Source: Neophaeotheca triangularis
Taxonomy: Eukaryota
Reading direction: 5' to 3'
DNA length: 64,000 bases
Assembly (NCBI GenBank): GCA_054600435.1
Contig: BAAIJX010000011.1
Coordinates: forward strand, 248,001-312,000
Both the position numbers and the translations under genes were made by a program. The notes under the pieces are model-generated. The model made no database searches. It had not been told where the DNA came from and saw nothing but the letters and a program-made list of their open reading frames with translations. Each line of letters begins with the position of its first letter. Position 1 is the stretch's first letter. This document shows, in pieces, positions 1 through 12,662 of the stretch.

Positions 1-196
1 CTCGATGCACGCTCAATCTCTCCGCGGAAAAGGTCGCCTTTGTCGTCGGGGAAAGGCTCAAGGATAAAGATGGCTCCTACATTCCCGCCAGCCAGGCGGA
101 CCGAAAAGCACTCGCTGGCACCGTCTGTCTACCTTCCTCCCGGTTGCTGAGTTTTCGCAGTTCTTCTCTCCTCCCCAGTTCGTGAAGCGCGGCCGT

Positions 197-1025
<829 letters not shown>

Positions 1026-1591
1026 GGTGTCCGCTCGTGTGTGGTGGGGTTGGAGGAGTGGTTGGCAGCGCCCTCGCTTGTGGGTGATGCGGTGGACCGG
1101 TAACCGGCGTGAGTGAGAGTCGTGTTGTTTTGGAGAGGGTTGAGGTGTGGCGTGGTGTTTGGGTGGTGAAGTTGTGGTTGTTGGAAGGGTGGTGGTGTCG
1201 GAGATATGGGCGAGGTTGGATAGGAAGAGGCTCCGTTGGTGGGCTGTGGGCTGTGGGCTGTGAAAGAAGAGACCTCGTGCAAGGCGTCACTTCCAAACGC
1301 GGGTATTGCCGCTATCCGGCCGTGGGGGGGAGTCAAGAGTGATTACGAAAGACACAGTAGCATCTGGGCAGCTTCTGAGGCAGGAGCCAGCGCCTCACTT
1401 CGATCTTGGCTTAACTGTGGCGATTCGTAACAAGAGTAAGCGCGTTTTTATTTTCCCATTAAGGTTGCAGGTGTGTCGCCAACGACTGCCCTGACATAGA
1501 ACATGGAAGAAACGGTACCGTAAAGGCTTTTTGAGCTTCACGTCGGGTGTTACTTGACTTAGCCTTTCTCGAAATACCCATCTTGAACCCT

Positions 1592-1617
1592 GCATGCCAT
1601 GCCATGCCATGCCATGC
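1592..1617. repeat. (CATGC)n pentanucleotide microsatellite
   Basis: gcatgccatgccatgccatgccatgc read directly. Confidence 0.85.
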
Positions 1618-1861
1618 TGACTGAAGCCCAAAGGCGCTTAAGGTACCAGAGGTACAGCCTGCCTGCCTGTTCTGCCCTACTCTCGCTCAACAGTCGCCTC
1701 CCGAGGCAAAGGGTGAAGTAGCAGCTCGAGTGATAGAAGCAGCTCTCCCCACCACCGCCTCAAACTACAGTATGGTGTCAAATTGAGCAAAGCTACCTGG
1801 GAAAGCTTTTCGATTGATACATGCTGTCTGATCTGTACATAAGGATACCGGCGAGGGTGAT

Positions 1862-3268
1862 CTAAACAAAAGCCTGTATCCCTGTAACAGCACGCCCAAG
1901 TATCAAAGCTGAGAAAACCCAAAGTCAGCATCATTCCAACACCTTTGACAAGAACGGTCGTGTACTCACCGTGGATATCACTCTGCCCCTCATACGTCTG
2001 CGTCACAAACAGATTCGCCACATGCCTTCCAATATGGTACTCATCACTCACAGCATTACCACCAAAGACCTCCTGCAAGATCCTCGCATTCACAAGCGCG
2101 CGATCGCAGTTCTGCCTTTTGATCATACTGATCATCTCCGGCGCCGCCTTGCCCTCGTCCTTTAGCCTACCGACCTGCGTTGCAGCTAGAATGCCATAAG
2201 CGGCGTCTGTAGTGGCATCTGCAAGCTTCTTCTGCACCAGCTGGTACTTGGCAATGGGGTTGCCCTTGAACTGTTTACGCTCCAAAGCATACTCGCGCGC
2301 GCGAGCAAGGCAGTCTTCCAAAGCACCCATGGTGCCCCAGGCGATGCCGTAGCGAGCGCTGTTGAGGCAGGAGAAGGGCCCTCTAAGGCCCTCGACGTTC
2401 GGGAACATCATCTCCTTGGCGACCGGCACGTCGTCCATTTGGATCATGCCTGTAATGCTGGCGCGCAGCCCGTTCTTGTTGTCGAGTTTCGGCGTCACGA
2501 GGGTGCCGGGTGGGCACTTCTCACGCTCGATGAGAAACCCCCGGATCTTGCCTGTTTCTTGCAGCTTCGCCCAAACAAGCATGACGTCTGCGATTGGGGA
2601 GTTGGTGATCCATGTCTTGGAGCCGGAAAGCGAGTAGTAGCCCTCCTTGGTCGGGTGGGGTTTGGCTGTACTCTCCATGCTGCCAGGGTCGCTGCCGTGA
2701 TTGGGCTCGGTCAAACCAAAGCAACCCAGTATCTTGCCCTTCGCCATGCCGGGGAGGAATTTCTGCTTTTGCTCTTCCGTGCCGAACTCATCTATGCCGC
2801 CCATAACCAATGAAGACTGCACAGACATACCGGAACGGTACCCGCTGTCTACACGCTCGACGGCTCGGGTGATGAGGCCGCTGGCCACAGAGGAGACGCC
2901 AGCGCATTCGTAGCCTTGGATTGTCGCACCGAGAAGACCGAGCTCGCCCATCTCTTCGAGTATGAGCTTGTCATATTCCTCTTTCCTGTAGGCATCTGAA
3001 CATACAGGTTAGCAAAGCGTGGGAGTTAATCCGGAGAGAAGGCTCGCACACCAAGCACCCGTGGCAGCATCCGCTCTTGACAATACTGCTCAGCCGTCTC
3101 CGCTATCGCCAGTTCTTCCTCGGTGTACAAGTTCTTGTTAGCACCCAAAGGGTCTTTCCAATCGAAAGGTTCCGGGGCGTGAGCATATCGCCGGCCGATG
3201 CATGCTGCTTGAGCTGTCTGCGGTTTGAAGCATTGCCTTGCGGCGCGAGAAGTGATAGTTTTGAACAT
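1862..3268 (-). CDS. GCDH: Glutaryl-CoA dehydrogenase, mitochondrial (acyl-CoA dehydrogenase family), 3 exons
   Basis: Arg-rich presequence MFKTITSRAARQ, FDWKDPL, GCFGLTEPNHGSDPGSM, GSKTWITNSP, TYEGQSDIH|ALILGRAVTGIQAFV*. Introns at about 2996-3061 and about 1909-1969. Confidence 0.93.
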
Positions 3269-3680
3269 AACGAACGGGAATTCAAAGAGATTGCCAAGCA
3301 GTGCTAAATAGATTGCAGATCTGACTTGACTCGAGGGCGAACAACTAGGAAGAACGAATGCTGAAGTCTATCGTTTGGACTGTAGATTCGACTTGAAGCC
3401 GACCTCGGGAAGCACACAAAGGCCTCGGTACCAGCGTTGAGTGGATCTTGCTGACGACTGGAATGTTATATGTCCGAACAGCGTCGAGATTGGCTACAAC
3501 ATGTGTGCCGCCTTTACGTCGATAAAGCGGACTAGACAGGTAGATTTACTATTTACCAAGAGTTGCTGTCTAAGACCTCCAGTAGTTTTTACGTAGCATT
3601 AGGTTGGAAGGTTGAAACTTGCAGTTGGCCGTTTTGATGGTCGGCGGGGTCCATGTTGCGAATGCGAGCTGCACGTCATT

Positions 3681-3717
3681 GAAAACGCGGGTTAGGCTTT
3701 CGCGATTCGGCGCGTTC
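3681..3717. promoter_or_regulatory. Cluster of CGCG (MCB/SCB-like) G1/S elements upstream of FEN1
   Basis: AAAACGCG, TTTCGCG and GGCGCGTT within 40 bp, 150-180 bp upstream of a replication gene. Confidence 0.5.
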
Positions 3718-3863
3718 AATCTACACGTCTACCTACAGCTATCTACCTTGAGCTAGCAGTCTTTTCTTGACTACGCTCATATTCTCACGCCCTTCCCTGT
3801 CTGTACTGGTCCTCTCGGACAACCTTCAACACATCCACACATCTGCAGAGTCTTTAAATCAAG

Positions 3864-5102
3864 ATGGGTATCAAACAGCTCGCCCAAGTCCTCAAGGACA
3901 ATTGCCCGGATGCAATCAAAGAGGGCGAGATCAAGAACCACTTCGGCCGCAAAGTGAGCATTCAATTCCTCACCTAGGATGGGCAAACGCACCTGCTGAT
4001 TTCTCCGTAGGTCGCCATCGACGCCTCGATGTCTCTCTACTCTTTCCTCGTTGCCGTCCGCAGTGACGGTCAACAACTCATGAACGAAACCGGCGAAACG
4101 ACCTCCCATCTGATGGGTCTTTTCTACCGAACCCTCCGCATGGTCGACAACGGTATCAAACCTCTGTACGTCTTCGACGGTGCGCCTCCTAAACTCAAGT
4201 CTGGCGAGCTGGCCAAACGCGTGCAGCGCAAAGGCGAGGCCCAAGCTGCCGAGGAAGAAGCCAAGGAGACGGGCACAGCAGAGGATGTGGAGAAGTTCAG
4301 CCGCAGGACCGTCAGGGTGACTAGGGAGCAGAACCTCGAAGCTCAGAGGCTGCTGAAGCTCATGGGCATTCCATTCATCGTCGCTCCCACCGAAGCTGAG
4401 GCGCAGTGTGCAGTTCTCGCGCGCGCTGGCAAGGTTTACGCGGCTGCAAGCGAGGACATGGACACGCTGACTTTCGAGGCGCCGATTTTGCTGAGGAAGT
4501 TGACGTTCGCCGAGCAGCGCAAGGAGCCGATCCAGGAGATTCACCTCGATCGCGTGTTGGAGGGGTTGGACATGGACATGAAGCAGTTCATTGACCTGTG
4601 TATTCTGCTTGGGTGCGACTATGTGGATCCGGTCAAGGGAGTGGGGCCAAAGGTTGCGCTGAATTTGATCAAAGAGCACAAGTGTCTGGAGAAGGTGGTG
4701 GAGCACTTTGAGAAGCAAGGGAAGATAAAGCTGCCTGACGACTGGCCATACAAGGAGGCGCGCCTGCTGTTCCTCGAGCCCGACGTTCGTCCTGCCGATG
4801 ACCCGGAATGCGACTTCGAGTGGAGAGCGCCTGACGTTGAGGGGCTTGTCAAGTTCTTGGTCGAGGAAAAGGGGTTCTCGGACGACAGGGTGAGGTCTGC
4901 GGCTGCGCGTTTGACGAAGAATTTGAAGGGCGGGCAGCAAAGCAGGCTTGAGGGTTTCTTCAAGCCCAAGGAGAAGACGGACGAAGAGAAGGCGAGCTTG
5001 AAGCGCAAGAACGATGAGAAGCTCGAGGAGAAAAAGAAGAAGCAGAAGGCGGAGGCCAAGGCGAAGAAGGATGCGAAGAGTAAGCCGAAAATGAACTCGT
5101 GA
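3864..5102 (+). CDS. FEN1: Flap endonuclease 1 (Rad27), 2 exons
   Basis: [73 protein letters not shown] box QSRLEGFF, basic tail. Intron about 3954-4010. Confidence 0.97.
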
Positions 5103-5883
5103 GGTTGATAAGGTTTCAGATACGGTGAGGGAGGCTGGCCGCAGCACACGACAGAACGAGGAGCTCTATCGGCGTTTGCATTTTACGGACTGTTCACGAT
5201 ACCTGCCATGAGAGCACGGCAGGGTTAAGCGAGGCGCTGGAGGTGGGATTTGCTGAAAGTGCAGCTACTGTTGCTAGTTAATCGAGTCGACGACGCTCAC
5301 ATGTTAATAGTTCATATGGTCTCCTTTAAAAAGGTTGTTCGTCGTTGTTGCCATCCAGAGGCGTCAACCCTCTCAAAAGATCACCTCACGATCTCGAATT
5401 ATATCAGAACCCCCCCAAGCCCCCCTCTTATGTAGCAACGACGATACTGCGCACGCTCAAGTCTCAAATCCGAACAGATACGTACTCGAGCTTACGACTC
5501 GCCACCTTCAAGCTGCAGCACAGCGTGCAGGTGGCTGCGCAGACGTCGCGCCGAGATCGCCAAGCGGAGGCGGCTTGGATGTCAGATCTACATAACCTCT
5601 ACCCGCGGCAACTACATCAACCTACGCTTCTTCTTCTTCATCGGTACTACTTGTTAAGCTACTGTATTGTTCCGGCTGTTGTGATCAGTTGTTCCTGAAC
5701 ACCACAGGCGTACTTGGAGATCCACACATTTGCCGGCGCAACCGGGAGACAAGGCGACTCGAGAGCACCACCAGCCAGCTACCTCCTACATACATTACCT
5801 TCGGTGGACCAGGCAGCCCCTCGACAACCAAGCCAACACCACATCGCCCAGAGCCACCACCGACCCAAAAAAGCCCCAAAACC

Positions 5884-6388
5884 ATGTCCTACAAATACGT
5901 ACGTCCGCCCCTCGCCTCTCCTCCCTCCCAAAACAAAGAGCTCCACTAACACAAACCTCCAGGACGGCCCCCAAGGCCCACCCCCCTCCTACCCTCAAGC
6001 CCCGCCCCAAGCCCACTACGACGCCGGCCCCGCGGACCCACGCGGCGCCCCTGGCGGCGGCTACGGCAGCCCCGCGCCCCCTCAGCCCGGCTACGGCAGC
6101 CCGGCACCCTACCAACACGACCCGTATGCGCAAAACTACGGCCCCCCGATGGGCCAAGGAGGTTACGGGCCAGGACCCGGATATGGCGGTCCGCCGATGG
6201 GGGGTCCGGGGTATGGCGGGCCGCAGCCGATGATGTATCAGCAGCAGCCTATGTATCCGCCGCCTGGGGGGTATTATGAGGATGATAGAGGGAGAGGGGG
6301 TGGAGGGGCGGGGACGGCTGGGGGGATATGCGCGGGTATTGCGGGTGCGTTTGCTTGTTGTTGTTGTTTGGATTTGTGTTTGTTTTAG
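5884..6388 (+). CDS. Pro/Gly/Tyr-rich tail-anchored CYSTM-module protein, 2 exons
   Basis: ATG 5884 (MSYK), intron gtacgt...ctaac...cag, PYGQ-rich body, C-terminal GICAGIAGAFACCCCLDLCLF* typical of CYSTM. Confidence 0.85.
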
Positions 6389-6678
6389 AGGGTTTAGTGG
6401 GTTTGGGGGGATCGAGGGCGTGTGGAGGGATGGATGGGAGGGGTTGGGAAGACAGTGGTGCGTGGTGGAATGGCCGGAGCGGGGTTGGTGGTTGCTGGGG
6501 GCGTGGGCTACTTTTGGTAGGGGTTTTGTTGGTTTGTTTGGTCCTTGGGGGGGGGGCGTCCCCGGCGTTGTCTTCCATGGAAGAGGAAGTACCACGAAGG
6601 GGAAATCAAAACGGCGATCAAGCTTTTCCATATGTCTTACTTAATACCTATCCTACCGCCATCTCAGCCAGTCAGGCG

Positions 6679-7848
6679 TCACTTTGGAATCTCATATTCC
6701 CTGTTCCCTTCAGTACTGAACAGCACCACCACGGCCTCCGCCTTCTCCCCCTCACCCATCAAACCACTGGCACAGAACTTCCTCAGCGCTGCCAAATTCG
6801 CCGCACCACAGGGTCCAGCATCCACCCCTTGCCGCTGCAAAAACACCACATCCTCATGACTCTCGCGATCCGTCACCGTTGTCGCGGCAAAAACCCCGTC
6901 CCGCAAAACCGGCCACGCAATCGTGGAAGTCGTCCCGCAGTTCATGCCGCACATGATGGTGTCCCCCGTCTCGACAGGCGTAATTTGACCACAGTGCAAG
7001 CTCTCCTTGAAAGCGGCGGCAGAGTCGGGCTCGACGGTCACGATTCTGTTCCCAGCCGGATCGGCGGCTTTGTAGTGAGAAACGACCGAATGCGCCCAGG
7101 ACCCTACGCCGACTGAAGCGAAGAGCAGATTTGGTTTCGCCGCGTCTTGTGTGGCGAGTGCGACTTGCCGGTCCGTTTCCGCGAGCATCGTTTCGTAGCC
7201 GTCTGTCACCCATTGTGGGATTTCTTCGTAGCCGGGCCAGGAGGTGTCGAGGACCATTAGGGCGCCGGTGGCTGCTGCTTGCGAGCGCACGTGAGCGATG
7301 CAGTCGTCGTAGCTGCTGTTCGGGAGGACGTTGACGGTTGCTCCCTCGCTGCGGATGAGGTTTTGGGTGTACGGGGGCATGAAGGAGGGGACGTGTAGGG
7401 TTAGGGGGATAGAGAGGTGGGCGGCGGTGCGCGCGCAGGCGCGGCCCCAATTGCCGTCTGTGGTTGTCACGAGGGAGAGGGTGGCGCCTGGGCCGTGGAT
7501 GGCAGTTTTGAGGGCGTGGATCGGGGTGGAGGGGGGTAGGGAGAGATGTTGGCAGAGGGTCCGGTGGATTGCCCAGCTTGCCCCGAGGATTTTGAATGAG
7601 GGCAGGGCGAAGCGCGTGCTTTCGTCTTTCAAAAAGACGTGCTTGAGGCCGAGTTCGCTCGCTACGGTTGGGAGTGGGTGGAGCTTGGTCTCGCCATAGT
7701 CTGGGAGGGCTTTGTGGAAGGTTTCTACTTCGGGGTCAGGTTTTTGTTGTTGCCAGTCGGTTGTATTGGTGGCCGAGGGGTTGATTAGGGTTGCCGGCCG
7801 GGCGTGTATGGTCTTGTCTTGTAGATGCGTGACTTGATAGTCTGCCAT
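6679..7848 (-). CDS. PLP-dependent fold-type II enzyme, diaminopropionate ammonia-lyase family, intronless
   Basis: FHKALPDYGETKL, KDESTRFALPSFKILGASWA (PLP lysine), TTDGNWGRA, VGVGSWA, TIMCGMNCG, GPCGAA, LFSTEG. Confidence 0.85.
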   Translation of the reverse strand: MADYQVTHLQDKTIHARPATLINPSATNTTDWQQQKPDPEVETFHKALPDYGETKLHPLPTVASELGLKHVFLKDESTRFALPSFKILGASWAIHRTLCQHLSLPPSTPIHALKTAIHGPGATLSLVTTTDGNWGRACARTAAHLSIPLTLHVPSFMPPYTQNLIRSEGATVNVLPNSSYDDCIAHVRSQAAATGALMVLDTSWPGYEEIPQWVTDGYETMLAETDRQVALATQDAAKPNLLFASVGVGSWAHSVVSHYKAADPAGNRIVTVEPDSAAAFKESLHCGQITPVETGDTIMCGMNCGTTSTIAWPVLRDGVFAATTVTDRESHEDVVFLQRQGVDAGPCGAANLAALRKFCASGLMGEGEKAEAVVVLFSTEGNREYEIPK

Positions 7849-8520
7849 GATTGAACGTTTACCAGAGGCTTTTTGGGTGATGGAAGAAGAGATGAAGAAT
7901 ACGTTGACGGTAGTTGAGATGAAGTGTATGTAGCCTTGAGCTTGGCGAGTACGCCCTACCTACCTCTAAAGGACGACATGCTCTTCAAACTTGCCTTTGG
8001 AGTACATCACTTACGTTTCTCGGAGACTAGGACGTTGCTTGGGCTGCTTGTTATGGATATGGCAACCAGGCGGGGTGGACGTCGCTCGGCATAGGGGACT
8101 TGGTGGTGGTCAATGTAGAGTCCAAAGCAAGACTTGGTATATATACGTAGTACGTACAAGCTGTCTTATGGTGGGAAACCGACCATGGAAGTTTGAGTGG
8201 CATGAGGACGGAGGTCGTTCCTTCAAACACCCCCGGCCCCGCCCGTGAGATGAAGTGGGCAGCTTGCCGACATCGGCTTCTTAGAAACGCCGTCATTGTT
8301 TATCAGTGTTACCTACCTAGGTAGCTGGATGGTGGGGGTGAGGCAGAAGCATCAAAGAACCACAACGCTTTATTAGATGATATTATCAAGAGCCGGTGAG
8401 TCCCGATAGAACGGAGAAGATCACAGCTCTCTCCCAATCTTCCCTACTTCCGTTTACTCCACCCTCATAAACGTGGGAAGAGACCAGCCGATCGAGACCA
8501 CTCGACACCCTACATTCACC

Positions 8521-11500
8521 ATGGCGAGCCTACAAACGAGTGAAAGGGGTATCCGCATAGCAATCGACCGCGGCGGCACCTTCACCGACTGCGTGGGCAA
8601 TCCTGGCTCCGGCAAGATGGAAGATGACGTCCTCGTCAAGCTGCTATCTGTCGACCCCCAAAACTACGACGACGCCCCGTTGGAGGGCATACGACGGCTA
8701 CTGTCAAAATTCACCAGCAAGGACATCCCAAGGGGCGAGCCTTTGGACACCAGCAAGATCGAGTCGATACGCATGGGTACGACCGTGGCCACAAACGCCT
8801 TACTCGAGAGAAAGGGAGAGGACATTGCCATGGTGGTGACGAAAGGGTTCAAGGATTGCTTGGAGATTGGTAACCAATCACGGCCGAATATTTTCGATCT
8901 TGCGATTAGGAAGCCAGAGGTCTTGTACAAGCGGGTTGTGGAGATTGACGAGCGCGTGACGTTGGAGGATTACGCTGAGGACCCTGAGCGGCAGGAAACG
9001 AAGGCACAGTCTATGGATGAGGCGGGAGAGGATGCGGAGCTTGTCAAGGGCTTGAGCGGAGAGACTGTGAGGATACTGAAGCGGGCGGAGAGGGAGAGAA
9101 TCAGGGAACAGTTGCAAGAAGTGTACGATTCGGGTCTGAAGAGTATAGCGGTCTGCTTGATGCATGGTTACACTTTCCCGCGGCATGAGGCCATGGTTGG
9201 GCAGATTGCAAAGGAGATTGGTTTCACCCATGTATCCTTGAGTCACGAGCTCATGCCGATGATAAAATTGGTTCCACGAGCGACTTCGGCTTGCGCAGAT
9301 GCCTACCTGACACCAGCGATTCGGAAGTACATCGATGGCTTCTCGAAAGGCTTTGAGGGTGGTCTCGGTAGCGAGAGTGTTAAGAAAGAGAAGGGTGCCA
9401 AGGGTGCAAGATGCGAGTTTATGCAGTCAGACGGTGGGCTAGTTGATGTGGATATATTTTCTGGGCTGCGAGCCATCCTGTCTGGACCCGCTGGCGGCGT
9501 TGTAGGGTATGCATTGACAAGCTACGACCCAGCGACGAAGACACCCGTTATTGGGTTCGACATGGGCGGGACAAGTACCGATGTGAGCCGCTATGGCGCT
9601 GGACGTTACGATCACGTTTTTGAGACCACTACGGCTGGCGTTACGATTCAAAGTCCTCAATTGGATATCAACACAGTTGCCGCTGGCGGTGGCTCGAGGC
9701 TCTTCTTCCGCAACGGCCTTTTCGTTGTGGGCCCAGAAAGCGCAGGCGCTCACCCTGGACCGTCGTGCTATCGAAAAGGAGGCCCACTTACTATAACGGA
9801 CGCCAACCTATATCTAGGAAGGCTGCTACCAGACTTCTTCCCGAAGATATTCGGCAAGAACGAGGACGAAGGCTTGGACGAGGAAGCGAGCAAAGAGCAG
9901 TTCAAGGAACTGACGAAACAGATCAACGAAGAGGTGGCAGGTGGCAACAAGGAAAAAGAGATGACTGTGGATGAAGTCGCCTATGGTTTCGTCAAGATCG
10001 CCAACGAGACTATGACCAGACCCATTCGATCGCTGACGGAGGCAAGGGGTCACGATACCTCCAAACATCGCCTAGCGACCTTTGGTGGAGCTGGTGGTCA
10101 GCACGCTGTTGCTATTGCTCAAGCCCTGGGTATCGGACAGATACTCGTACACAGGTACTCTTCGGTACTCAGTGCGTACGGCATGGCTCTCGCAGATGTT
10201 GTGGATGAGAGGCAGGAGCCAGAGTCGAAAGTGTGGAGCGACGACGGCAATACAAGAAAGGAACTCAAGGAGAAGATGGAGGAGCTGAAGAGAAAGTCCA
10301 TAGCAACGCTCAAGGATCAAGGATTTGGGGAAGATCAGATCGCATTCGAGGAGTATCTAAATATGCGGTATCGAGGCACCGAGTCCGCTCTCATGGTGGT
10401 CAAGCCGACGAATGATGAAGCGACGAAGGAATACGACGGCGATGACTGGGCGTTCGGCAATTCTTTTGTCAAGCAACACGAGCAGGAATTCGGCTTCACG
10501 CTGCCAGATCGAGACATCATCGTGGACGATGTCAGAGCGAGAGGTATTGGCAAAACATTCGACGGACTCGAGAAGACAGTCGACCAGCAACTTCAAGAAA
10601 TCAAGCCTCGCGACATCGGCAAAGGCGAAAAGCAATACGGCTCGCGATCTGTTTATTTCGATGGTGGGAGGCAGGAGACAGTCATCTACAAACTTGAAGA
10701 TCTCTCGGTAGGAGACCGCATCAAGGGCCCTGCCATTATTGCAGACGGCACTCAGACAATCGTGGTGACGCCCGAGGCCACGGCGTTGCTCATCGACACT
10801 CATGTCGTAATCAACCTCGGCGAAAGCAACAACCAAGAACAGGAAGTCAACACTAAAGATGTCGATCCAATCATGCTCTCGATTTTCGCTCATCGCTTCA
10901 TGGCTATTGCTGAGCAAATGGGTCGAGCTCTGCAAAAGACTTCGGTTTCCACGAATGTCAAAGAGCGACTTGACTATTCTTGCGCGCTTTTTGATGCGGA
11001 TGGCGGACTTGTAGCGAACGCTCCACATCTACCTGTGCATCTAGGCAGCATGTCGACGTGTGTTCAGAAGCAGGCTGAGATCTGGAAAGGCAAATTGAAA
11101 CGCGGTGATGTACTCGTTTCGAACCATCCCATGTTTGGCGGCACCCACTTGCCTGACATTACCGTCATCACGCCGGCATTCAGCGGCGACAACATAGTCT
11201 TCTATGTTGCTTCGCGAGCCCATCATGCTGATATTGGAGGGATCTTGCCGGGATCCATGCCCCCCATGTCGCGAGAGCTTTGGCAAGAAGGCGCTTCGAT
11301 CAAGACGGAGAAGCTTGTCAGCCAAGGCCACTTCAACGAAGAACGCATTACAGACCTCTTACTCAATGAGCCCGCACAATGGCCTGGCTGCTCTGGCACT
11401 CGCTGCCTAGCAGACAATCTCAACGACCTGAAAGCCCAAATCGCTGCAAATCAAAAAGGAATTACTCTGATTTCGACGCTCATCGAAGACTACGGCGAAA

Positions 11501-12606
11501 ACGTGGTCCAGTTCTATATGCACAACATCCAGTCCAACGCAGAACTTTCGGTGCGAAATCTTCTCAAACAAGTCTCAGATCGCTTCTCTGGCCAAGACCT
11601 TCGTGCTGTAGACTACATGGACGACGGCAGCCCGATCAAACTCAAGATCACCATTGACGCTCACGCTGGCGAAGCCGTGTTCGACTTCACCGGCACTGGT
11701 CCCGAAGTCTACGGCAACACTAATGCCCCCGAGGCCGTCACCTACAGCGCCATCATCTACTGCCTGCGCTGTCTGATCAGCGAAGACATCCCACTGAACC
11801 AAGGCTGCCTGAAACCCATCCGCGTCATAATTCCCAAGAAATCCTTCCTCTCTCCCTCCGGCACCGCCGCCGTCGTCGGAGGCAACGTCCTAACTTCCCA
11901 ACGCGTCACCGACGTCGTCCTCAAAGCTTTTCAAGCCTGTGCCGCTTCCCAAGGCGATTGCAACAACCTAACCTTTGGCTTTGGCGGCAACGCCTCGGGC
12001 CAAAAAGCTGTCAAGGGCTTCGGCTACTACGAGACCATCGCGGGCGGCAGCGGCGCAGGGCCTAGCTGGGACGGCACTAGCGGCGTGCACACTCACATGA
12101 CCAACACGCGCATCACTGACAGCGAGGTCTTTGAGCGTAGGTACCCTGTGCTTTTGCGGGAATTCAGTTTGCGCGCTGGCAGCCATGGGGCGGGTCAGCA
12201 TAATGGCGGCGATGGCGTGGTGAGGGATATTGAGTTTAGAATCCCCGTGCAGGCGAGCATTTTGAGTGAGCGTAGGGTTTATCATCCGTATGGGTTGGAG
12301 GGCGGTGAGGAGGCCGAGTGTGGATTGAATGTTTGGGTCAGGCGCGTGCCAAAGTTGGATGGCAGTGACGCGGATGTAGATGGGGGTGAGCAGGAGATGG
12401 AGACTAGAGAGATCAACCTGGGAGGTAAGAATACCGCTAGCATGAGCGCGGGCGATCGGATTATTGTCATGACGCCCGGCGGCGGTGGATGGGGCGCACC
12501 TGGCAAGGAAAGCCAGTCGAAGCAGCATGAGCGAGCGGATCCCAAGGCTGGTTGGAGAGGCGGCAGTGTTGCGAGTCGGCAGGCCGAGGCTGAAGCTTCG
12601 GCATAG
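8521..12606 (+). CDS. OXP1: ATP-dependent 5-oxoprolinase (fused hydantoinase A/B), intronless
   Basis: IAIDRGGTFTD, MGTTVATNALLERKG, SGPAGGVVG, FDMGGTSTDVS, NVKERLDYSCA, GGTHLPD, YETIAGG, HMTNTRITD, TPGGGGWG. First true ATG at 8521. Confidence 0.96.
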   Translation: MASLQTSERGIRIAIDRGGTFTDCVGNPGSGKMEDDVLVKLLSVDPQNYDDAPLEGIRRLLSKFTSKDIPRGEPLDTSKIESIRMGTTVATNALLERKGEDIAMVVTKGFKDCLEIGNQSRPNIFDLAIRKPEVLYKRVVEIDERVTLEDYAEDPERQETKAQSMDEAGEDAELVKGLSGETVRILKRAERERIREQLQEVYDSGLKSIAVCLMHGYTFPRHEAMVGQIAKEIGFTHVSLSHELMPMIKLVPRATSACADAYLTPAIRKYIDGFSKGFEGGLGSESVKKEKGAKGARCEFMQSDGGLVDVDIFSGLRAILSGPAGGVVGYALTSYDPATKTPVIGFDMGGTSTDVSRYGAGRYDHVFETTTAGVTIQSPQLDINTVAAGGGSRLFFRNGLFVVGPESAGAHPGPSCYRKGGPLTITDANLYLGRLLPDFFPKIFGKNEDEGLDEEASKEQFKELTKQINEEVAGGNKEKEMTVDEVAYGFVKIANETMTRPIRSLTEARGHDTSKHRLATFGGAGGQHAVAIAQALGIGQILVHRYSSVLSAYGMALADVVDERQEPESKVWSDDGNTRKELKEKMEELKRKSIATLKDQGFGEDQIAFEEYLNMRYRGTESALMVVKPTNDEATKEYDGDDWAFGNSFVKQHEQEFGFTLPDRDIIVDDVRARGIGKTFDGLEKTVDQQLQEIKPRDIGKGEKQYGSRSVYFDGGRQETVIYKLEDLSVGDRIKGPAIIADGTQTIVVTPEATALLIDTHVVINLGESNNQEQEVNTKDVDPIMLSIFAHRFMAIAEQMGRALQKTSVSTNVKERLDYSCALFDADGGLVANAPHLPVHLGSMSTCVQKQAEIWKGKLKRGDVLVSNHPMFGGTHLPDITVITPAFSGDNIVFYVASRAHHADIGGILPGSMPPMSRELWQEGASIKTEKLVSQGHFNEERITDLLLNEPAQWPGCSGTRCLADNLNDLKAQIAANQKGITLISTLIEDYGENVVQFYMHNIQSNAELSVRNLLKQVSDRFSGQDLRAVDYMDDGSPIKLKITIDAHAGEAVFDFTGTGPEVYGNTNAPEAVTYSAIIYCLRCLISEDIPLNQGCLKPIRVIIPKKSFLSPSGTAAVVGGNVLTSQRVTDVVLKAFQACAASQGDCNNLTFGFGGNASGQKAVKGFGYYETIAGGSGAGPSWDGTSGVHTHMTNTRITDSEVFERRYPVLLREFSLRAGSHGAGQHNGGDGVVRDIEFRIPVQASILSERRVYHPYGLEGGEEAECGLNVWVRRVPKLDGSDADVDGGEQEMETREINLGGKNTASMSAGDRIIVMTPGGGGWGAPGKESQSKQHERADPKAGWRGGSVASRQAEAEASA

Positions 12607-12662
12607 TCGCAATCATTATCTTCATGAAATTTTAAATACCATCTTCATAGCATCATGCCAAA

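Noticed and set aside
3777..5147. 456-aa antisense ORF overlapping FEN1, and similar shadow ORFs over OXP1, MCM4, UBR1 and the P450
   Set aside because: Mirror frames produced by GC-rich codon bias of the real genes; no recognisable motifs.
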